Assembly (NCBI GenBank): GCA_963667175.2
Contig: CAXXXF010000015.1
Span: 608,001 to 672,000, forward strand
Origin: Candidatus Latescibacterota bacterium
GTDB taxonomy: Bacteria > Latescibacterota > UBA2968 > GCA-2709665
Length of the DNA: 64,000 bases
Direction of reading: 5' to 3'
In this document: piece after piece, positions 57,850-64,000 of the stretch
Layout of the letters: each line of letters opens with the position of its first letter
How positions within the stretch are numbered: the first letter of the stretch is position 1
The notes under the pieces: generated by a model
What the model was told of the DNA's origin: nothing
The model's database searches: none
The model's input: only the letters and a program-made list of their open reading frames with translations
Program-made: the position numbers and the translations under genes

Positions 57850-60183
57850 ATGCCTTTAGAACTTACCGAAGCCGACCTGGCCGACGCATTGCCGGATGTG
57901 ACCGCCACGCTGCGCCTGCCCGGCCTGATCGACAGCGTCGCCATCTATCGCGACCGGTGGGGCATTCCCCACGTCCAGGCGGAGAACGAGCACGATCTCT
58001 TCTTTGCCCAGGGTTTCGCCACGGCCCAGGACCGGCTCTGGCAGATGGACTACGACCGGCGCCGGGCCCAGGGGCGCTGGGCGGAAATCGCCGGCCCGGA
58101 TGGCGTGGATCAGGACCGGCTGTTGCGAGCCGCGGGAATGGGACGCACGGCCAGGCTGGACTACGAGGCGGCCGGCGCGGAGGCGAGGGCGATGGTGGAT
58201 GCGTATACAGCGGGCGTGAACGCGTTCATGGACACGTCGCCGGCGTACCCGGTCGAATATAAGCTCCTGGACAGTACCCCCGAACGCTGGGAGAACTGGC
58301 ACTGTATTGCCGTCTACAAGATGCGCAATACGTTGTTGGGGACGTTCGAGCCGAAACTCTTCCGAACCCGCCTGGCGCTCACCATCGGTCCCGAGAACGC
58401 GGCGCGCCTGATCAAAGGGTATCCCGGCGGCCACCTGCTCACCGTGCCCCCCGGCGAGGTGTATCGGGGACCCGGTGTCGACGGCCTGGAGGATCTCGGC
58501 AGGGCGCTCGATGACCTCAACTGGCTGAAGGAGGCGGACGCGGGTTCCAACGCATGGTCGGTATCGGGCGCGCTGACCCGGTCCGGGTTGCCGCTGATGG
58601 GGGGAGACTCCCACCGGGCGCTGGATACGCCGAGCGTCTACTATCAGGCCCATCTTACCTGTCCCGACCTTTCGATTATCGGCTACTCGGTTCCCGGGAT
58701 GCCTGGAATCCTGCACTTCTGCCACAACGCGCACGTGGGCTGGGGGATGACCTATGGAAATGCGGATACACAGGACCTGTTCGTGGAGCGATTCCGCGAC
58801 AGCGACGGCGGACGGGAGTATGCGTTCGGGGACACGTGGAGAAAGGCCGAAGTCCTGCACGAGACGATCGCGGTCCGGAACGCGGAGCCGGTTGGGATCG
58901 AAGTCACCATCACGCATCATGGCCCGGTCATCACGGGCGATCCCTCCGCGGGGTATGGAATCGCAATCAGCGATCCGGGTCTGATTCAGGGCACGCCATG
59001 GCTGGACGCCGCCCGCGACGCGATGCGCGCGGCCAGCGTTCAGGAACTGCACGATGCATTCAGGAACTGGACCGACCGCGTCAACAACTATGCAGTTGTG
59101 GACGTCCATGGAGACTTCGGATATCTGCACGAGGGCAAGATTCCCATTCGCGCGGAGGCCAACGGATGGCGGGTTGTGCCGGGGTGGACCGGGGAATACG
59201 AGTGGCAGGGTTATATCCCTCAGGACGACCTGCCCCGGGCGATCCGTCCGCGGGCCGGGTACGCGGTGACGTGCAACCAGCGCGTTGCCGGACATGACTA
59301 TCCGTATTACGTGGGGCTGTGCTTCAGCCCTGAATATCGGGCACGGCGGATTCAACTGGATATTCTGGACCTGGATCCGGGGACGGCGACCGTGGACGAT
59401 ATGGCAAGCATGCACGCCGACCGGACCTCCATTCCCGCGCGTATTTTCACAGAAGCGCTCCTCAAGATAAGGGCGCCGGACGAAGCGTCCGGCCGGGCCC
59501 TGGCGCTCCTGCGCGGGTGGGACCATCGCATGGATCGCGACCTTCCGCAGCCGACGATCTACTCGCAGACCCGTCTGCGCGCCACCCGGGCGCTGGCGGA
59601 ACACCTGCTGGGCGATATGGCGGCGCCGGCGCTGGAGGGGGCTTCAGGAGCGGAAGCGCACCTCCGTCTGATCGTTCTGGAGATGACCCTGGGGCTCGAG
59701 CGCGGCGACGAATCGATGTTGCCGGTCGGGTGCGCCTGGGACGATCTGTTGGCGGAGAGCCTGAAGCGGGCCGTCGCGGACCTCGAGGACCGGCTCGGCG
59801 GAGACATGGCGGAATGGCGGTGGGGCCGCGTCCACCATACACGGCCGAGACACCCTCTCTCTCGCGTTTTTCCGGAATGCGCAAGGCTTCTGGATCCGCC
59901 AGGCCTGCCGACGCACGGAGACGGAGACGTGCCGCTTGCCGGCGGCTATGACGTAAGTGAGCCCTTCGTCGCGACGGGCATGTCGGTCAACCGATACATT
60001 CACGACCCGTCGGACTGGAGCAACTCCCGGTGGATTGTGCCGCTTGGGGCTTCGGGGCATCCCGGCAGCGCTCATTATGCGGACCAGGCGCAACTCTGGG
60101 CCGACGTGGGGTATATCCCGCAACTGTGGGACTGGGAGACCATCGTCTCTGAGGCGGAGACACGACAGCGCCTGGAGCCGTAG
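57850..60183 (+). CDS. Penicillin acylase family Ntn-hydrolase (S45)
   Basis: RDRWGIPHV, AQDRLWQMD, GSNAW nucleophile and GASGHPGSAHYADQ. Confidence 0.95.
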   Translation: MPLELTEADLADALPDVTATLRLPGLIDSVAIYRDRWGIPHVQAENEHDLFFAQGFATAQDRLWQMDYDRRRAQGRWAEIAGPDGVDQDRLLRAAGMGRTARLDYEAAGAEARAMVDAYTAGVNAFMDTSPAYPVEYKLLDSTPERWENWHCIAVYKMRNTLLGTFEPKLFRTRLALTIGPENAARLIKGYPGGHLLTVPPGEVYRGPGVDGLEDLGRALDDLNWLKEADAGSNAWSVSGALTRSGLPLMGGDSHRALDTPSVYYQAHLTCPDLSIIGYSVPGMPGILHFCHNAHVGWGMTYGNADTQDLFVERFRDSDGGREYAFGDTWRKAEVLHETIAVRNAEPVGIEVTITHHGPVITGDPSAGYGIAISDPGLIQGTPWLDAARDAMRAASVQELHDAFRNWTDRVNNYAVVDVHGDFGYLHEGKIPIRAEANGWRVVPGWTGEYEWQGYIPQDDLPRAIRPRAGYAVTCNQRVAGHDYPYYVGLCFSPEYRARRIQLDILDLDPGTATVDDMASMHADRTSIPARIFTEALLKIRAPDEASGRALALLRGWDHRMDRDLPQPTIYSQTRLRATRALAEHLLGDMAAPALEGASGAEAHLRLIVLEMTLGLERGDESMLPVGCAWDDLLAESLKRAVADLEDRLGGDMAEWRWGRVHHTRPRHPLSRVFPECARLLDPPGLPTHGDGDVPLAGGYDVSEPFVATGMSVNRYIHDPSDWSNSRWIVPLGASGHPGSAHYADQAQLWADVGYIPQLWDWETIVSEAETRQRLEP

Positions 60184-60204
60184 GCCGGTGTCATCACCGC
60201 TGGT

Positions 60205-60340
60205 CGGGGCCGGGGGGAGAGGTTGCTTCTGCCTGATTGCAGCCAGGTTCTCTTTGTGTCTTCGTGTCTTTGTGTGAGCCGATTGTGATTTTCGCTCTGC
60301 GCTGACGGCTGATAGCTGACAGCTGTTTTGGCTGATGACT
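60205..60340 (+). repeat. Composite modular repeat, short partial copy 5
   Basis: GGGGCCGGGGGGAGAGG, CTTTGTGTCTTCGTGTCTTTGTGTGAG (60252-60278) and GCTGACGGCTGATAGCTGACAGCTG. Confidence 0.8.
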
Positions 60341-60361
60341 GCCCGCGAGAGGAGAGTTGGA

Positions 60362-60697
60362 ATGGTACAGATTGTCAAACCCGACCAGAGGGACATGAAA
60401 CGGTACGATGCGCCGGGCGCAAAGGTACAGGTGTCCGACCCCATTCTTGGGAAGGACGACTGCCTTGCGGCGGGATTCACGGAATATCTCGCACCCAGCC
60501 GTCTGGAGTGGACGTTCGATTACAACGAGGTCTTCTTCATGCTGGAAGGCGCGCTGGAAGTTCACGCGGAGGGACAGGCGCCGGTGTCTTTCGAGGTCGG
60601 CGATCTGGGCTATATCGAAAAGGACACGACCACGCTAATAACGGTATCGGAGGGTGCGCTGCTGTTGCACGTGACGCAGCCGGCGTGGCGGGAATGA
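60362..60697 (+). CDS. Cupin protein, EutQ-like
   Basis: LAAGF...LEWTFDYNEVFFMLEG...GDLGYIEK. Confidence 0.8.
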   Translation: MVQIVKPDQRDMKRYDAPGAKVQVSDPILGKDDCLAAGFTEYLAPSRLEWTFDYNEVFFMLEGALEVHAEGQAPVSFEVGDLGYIEKDTTTLITVSEGALLLHVTQPAWRE

Positions 60698-60724
60698 AGG
60701 AGGACCGGACGCCGCGGGAAGAGT

Positions 60725-61786
60725 TCAATTGAACGCGGGCGCGACGTGTTCGGAGAACATGCGCAGAGACCTGCAGACCAGGTCGGGATGCAGGTCGCCG
60801 ATGCGGGTCCACCCCATAAAGTTCTGCAGTCCCGTGTGTTTCCGGATCCAACTGATTTTGTCGGCGGCAAAGTCGGGATCGCCCACGATGGCGTGTTCCG
60901 CCAGGATTTCGTCGAAGCTGATGTTGGAGAACTTCTGTTTCAGCTCCTGATAGAATTCCATCTGTCCGGGTGGCGCGATTTCCGGCGGGGGCGCGATCAC
61001 CTCGGCCAGCAGGGTGCGGAAGTACCACATGAGCTGGTCGTGACATTCCTCGCGGGCCTTTTCGGTCGTTTCGGCAACGTACAGAAACCTCGCCAGGGGG
61101 AAGTCCAGCTTGCCCGACATCCCGCACGCATCGGCCGTTTTGTGGTACGCCTCGTAGAGTTCAAACACCTGCTCGTAGGGGTGCAGGAACGAAGTCAGGA
61201 CGTTATAGCCGTTCTTGATGACCCACTCATAGGTCGAAGGACTCACCGCCGCCACGTAAACCGGCGGGTGCGGCTGTTGTATGGGTTTCGGGATCACGTT
61301 GACCTTTCGGACCTTGTGGAACTTGCCGTCGTATTCCACGGGTCCCGTCCAGGCCTTCAGGATGATTTCGAGCTCTTCCTGAAAGCGGTCCCGGCTTTCC
61401 TCCAAGTCGATTCCCCAGTTGTGAAATTCCTCGAGCTGATAGCCTCGCCCCACGCCGAAGAGGAGCCTTCCCCTTGACATGATATCCACGGTGGCGAAAT
61501 CTTCCGCCACAATGACCGGGTTGTGGAAGGGCAGCACGACGACCGCGGTGCCGATTTTAATGCGTTCGGTAATGGCCGACGCGTACGCGGCCATCGTATG
61601 GATGGACGGGGTGATCGAGTAATAATTCGCGCCCGGCGATTTGTGGTCGAAGTGATGCTCGGCCAGCCAGATGGCGTCCCAGCCGGTCTCGTCCATGAGC
61701 TTGAACTGTTCGAATGCTTCGTGGTAGACTTGGGCGTGATTCTTGCCGGGCGGGGTCTCCAGCAGATAGAATTGGCCGAATTGCAT
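60725..61786 (-). CDS. LLM-class (luciferase-like) flavin-dependent oxidoreductase
   Basis: IWLAEHHF, IKIGTAV, AEDFATVDIMSRGRLLFGVGRGY and PKPIQQPHPP. Confidence 0.95.
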   Translation of the reverse strand: MQFGQFYLLETPPGKNHAQVYHEAFEQFKLMDETGWDAIWLAEHHFDHKSPGANYYSITPSIHTMAAYASAITERIKIGTAVVVLPFHNPVIVAEDFATVDIMSRGRLLFGVGRGYQLEEFHNWGIDLEESRDRFQEELEIILKAWTGPVEYDGKFHKVRKVNVIPKPIQQPHPPVYVAAVSPSTYEWVIKNGYNVLTSFLHPYEQVFELYEAYHKTADACGMSGKLDFPLARFLYVAETTEKAREECHDQLMWYFRTLLAEVIAPPPEIAPPGQMEFYQELKQKFSNISFDEILAEHAIVGDPDFAADKISWIRKHTGLQNFMGWTRIGDLHPDLVCRSLRMFSEHVAPAFN

Positions 61787-62218
61787 CGGGAGTCTCCTGA
61801 ATGTATGGAACGAGGCGCCGTTTTCGGGCTGTTAAGGTATGGATCGAAGGGATGATGTCAAGCGGTTTTGCGGGTCGACGTCGCGGGCGGAATCGCCATT
61901 GGCGGAAGCGCCGCCGACTCCGTGTCCGCCGGCTGCGGAGGGATTCCACAATGGACCACGGAGGATCGGGAAATGACGCCCAATCGAATTGAACGCTGCC
62001 TGCCGTCGCGGCTATTCCGGGAGATCTCCCGGTATGCCCGCCTCCGCATCGCGACACGGGACTTGAAAACCGGGTCCTTCTTTGCTATCTTGGGATACGG
62101 CGAGATGGAAATGGTCAGACGTATGAAACAGCGGCGGTCCCCTCGCCCGAACCTGTCGTTTCTCCCCCCGGGGCGAAGAGAGAAGGCGACCGCAGACCGC
62201 CGATCGCCGGTTTGAATT

Positions 62219-63199
62219 ATGGACATCAAGAGCGACCCACCGGCCGGACCCGGCACATCAACGCGTGGAACGGTTGACGTTTCCCTCGTGATTCCGCTAC
62301 TGAACGAAGCGGACAGCCTTCGGCCGCTGATGGAAAAGATCGGAAAGACCCTGGCCGCAACCGGGCTCCGTTTCGAAGTGATTTTCGTAGACGATGGCAG
62401 TACCGATGGCTCGATCGCGGTACTGGAGGAACTCCACGGCGTCCACGACGAAGTCCGGATCATTCAGTTTCGCCGCAACTTCGGCAAAGCCGCGGCGTAC
62501 GCCGCGGGATTCGACGTGGCGGCGGGCCGGACGATCATCACGATGGATGCCGACCTTCAGGACGATCCGGCGGAAATCCCTCGTCTGATCGAAGAAATCG
62601 AAAGTGGTCTCGACCTGGTTACCGGGTGGAAGAAGAAGCGCTTCGATCCCCTCAGCAAGACCATCCCGTCCAGGTTCTTCAACTGGGTCACCGGCCGGAT
62701 TTCGGGCATTCCGATACACGATTTCAATTGCGGCCTGAAAGCGTTCCGCCGTGAGGTCGTGGGCGACATCAAGATATACGGCGAACTCCATCGATACATT
62801 CCAGTCCTTGCCCACGTGGAAGGCTATCGCATCGGAGAAGTCGTCGTACAGCATCGCCCCCGCCGCTTCGGCGTCACCAAATACGGATGGACGCGTCTGC
62901 TGAAGGGCTTCTTCGATCTGCTTACCGTCATGTACCTGGGGCGGTACATCGGACGTCCGTTACACCTGTTCGGCACGATAGGCGTCATTCTGAGCGCGTT
63001 GGGCGTTGTGATCAACGCCTTTATCGCATATCTGTGGTTCAGCACCGGAAGCATTCAGAACCGCCACCCGCTTCTTTTCCTTGGAATCCTGCTTTCCGTG
63101 CTGGGTGTGCAGTTCGTGTGTACCGGCCTCCTGGCCGATATGATCACGCGGCAGACGCTTCTCCACGAGAAATACAACATCCGAAGAATTCTCAAGTAG
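62219..63199 (+). CDS. Glycosyltransferase family 2 (ArnC/DPM1-like, two C-terminal TMs)
   Basis: VIPLLNE, VDDGSTD, RNFGKAAA, MDADLQDDP, HDFNCGLK and GELHRYIP. Confidence 0.95.
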   Translation: MDIKSDPPAGPGTSTRGTVDVSLVIPLLNEADSLRPLMEKIGKTLAATGLRFEVIFVDDGSTDGSIAVLEELHGVHDEVRIIQFRRNFGKAAAYAAGFDVAAGRTIITMDADLQDDPAEIPRLIEEIESGLDLVTGWKKKRFDPLSKTIPSRFFNWVTGRISGIPIHDFNCGLKAFRREVVGDIKIYGELHRYIPVLAHVEGYRIGEVVVQHRPRRFGVTKYGWTRLLKGFFDLLTVMYLGRYIGRPLHLFGTIGVILSALGVVINAFIAYLWFSTGSIQNRHPLLFLGILLSVLGVQFVCTGLLADMITRQTLLHEKYNIRRILK

Positions 63200-63243
63200 C
63201 GCCTCCGTTCTCGCCCGGAACTCCAGGGCATGGAGACAGGCAC

Positions 63244-63278
63244 AAAAAAGCGACAGACCCCATTTGATGATCTGTCGC
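63244..63278 (-). terminator. Rho-independent terminator (minus strand)
   Basis: GCGACAGA/TCTGTCGC stem followed by T6 on the minus strand. Confidence 0.7.
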
Positions 63279-63324
63279 GAACGCACAAACGAAGTCGTCA
63301 CGTCACGGGTGTTGGCGCCGTGGC

Positions 63325-63495
63325 TCAAAAGGCCATCGGCATTCCGCGGACCTGCGGGCGGCCCAACACGGCCTGATCGTGCCGGCGTACCACGCGCCTG
63401 AGCTGCTCGGAGCGCGTCTCGTTTCCCTTGATCGCATAATAAAGCGCCAGAAACGCCAGGCGATCGCGCGGATTCAGTGCTGTTTTGAGAGCCAT
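63325..63495 (-). CDS. Putative 56-aa small protein of unknown function
   Basis: GAGG RBS, ATG 63495 (MALKTALNPRDRLAFLALYYAIKG...), an upstream sigma54-like promoter and a downstream terminator. Confidence 0.55.
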   Translation of the reverse strand: MALKTALNPRDRLAFLALYYAIKGNETRSEQLRRVVRRHDQAVLGRPQVRGMPMAF

Positions 63496-63563
63496 TTGGC
63501 GGCCTCGTAAGTGAAGGGGTGACAGAAACACATCGGTCATTATCAATACCTATGGAATATATA

Positions 63564-63578
63564 GCGAATACTGTGCCA
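63564..63578 (-). promoter_or_regulatory. sigma54-like promoter
   Basis: TGGCACAGTATTCGC, GG-N10-GC spacing, in an AT-rich context. Confidence 0.6.
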
Positions 63579-63825
63579 GAAATAACAATCGGCCCGTCAA
63601 TGTTCGTTTTTTTGGGTGATTGCGGGCGTTTTTCGGGCACAAGCTGAACGCTGGACGCGGTCAAGTGCGGTAAAATGTGTTCAAATCCACCACACCGTGT
63701 GAAAAATCAGGTGAAATTCGCCCGCTCGCCGGACGGGGTCGGATGAATCCTGACCATCCGTTCCGGCGGCACGATCTCACCGGACCCACGCCGAAGCATT
63801 ACAGATCGCGGGAGGCGGTAGCCAT

Positions 63826-64000
63826 ATGCTGGATCTGAACCGGATTCGGGAGGATCCCGGGGGCGTCAGGCAGGCGCTGTTGAAACGCATGGACGCGGTG
63901 GATTTTGCGGACTTGCTCCAGTGGGACCGGGACCGGAGAGCACTCATTGCCAGAATCGGGGGCCTGCGCGAACGTCGAAACAAGGTCTCCGCGCAGATCC
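63826..64000 (+). CDS. serS: Seryl-tRNA synthetase (5' part only)
   Basis: GGAGG RBS; MLDLNRIREDP..VRQALLKR...LLQWDRDRR...LRERRNKVSAQI coiled-coil N-terminus. Confidence 0.9.
   Translation, partial: MLDLNRIREDPGGVRQALLKRMDAVDFADLLQWDRDRRALIARIGGLRERRNKVSAQI

Noticed and set aside
61973-62215. 80-aa ORF with a GGAGG RBS upstream of the GT2 gene
   Set aside because: No motif, and it overlaps a likely GT2 promoter (TTGAAA-17-TATCTT); support is insufficient.
63600-63825. T-box leader upstream of serS
   Set aside because: No GGTGGNACCGCG T-box motif or terminator is visible.

Overview
GC-rich bacterial chromosomal window spanning the replication origin. The gene content and repeat style suggest an FCB-group uncultured lineage such as Ca. 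Latescibacterota or Gemmatimonadota; this is inference only. The left part holds an ABC permease and an NtrC-type two-component system sharing divergent sigma54 promoters, followed by catabolic enzymes (phytoene-desaturase-like, Gfo/Idh/MocA, heparinase II/III, CocE/NonD). A long minus-strand housekeeping run follows: QC, moaE, moaD, pncB, PHP, def, larE, ATP-grasp, ctpA, tmk, argF, nrnA, SAM-MTase, S4, surA, mfd, tRNA-Asp. Next come hom and gyrA-gyrB-DUF721-recF-dnaN-oriC-dnaA / rpmH-rnpA-yidC-mnmE-rsmG, with two parS sites. The right part has mce and an apparent XRE-HTH::methylmalonyl-CoA mutase fusion, FAH, CDP-alcohol transferase, HAD, penicillin acylase, cupin, LLM, GT2, a candidate sigma54-driven small gene and the start of serS. 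The most unusual items are: (i) a modular non-coding repeat system of up to about 0.9 kb, with a covarying stem and nested mini-hairpins, in several copies, one sitting where mnmG is usually found; (ii) the HTH-mutase fusion, which also has a parS site inside its coding sequence; (iii) a MoaD with a C-terminal extension past its GG motif, near larE and pncB; (iv) a MITE whose target duplication copies a start codon; (v) a second DnaA-box cluster. No CRISPR array, rRNA or intact transposase was seen. All calls were made by eye, without database searches.
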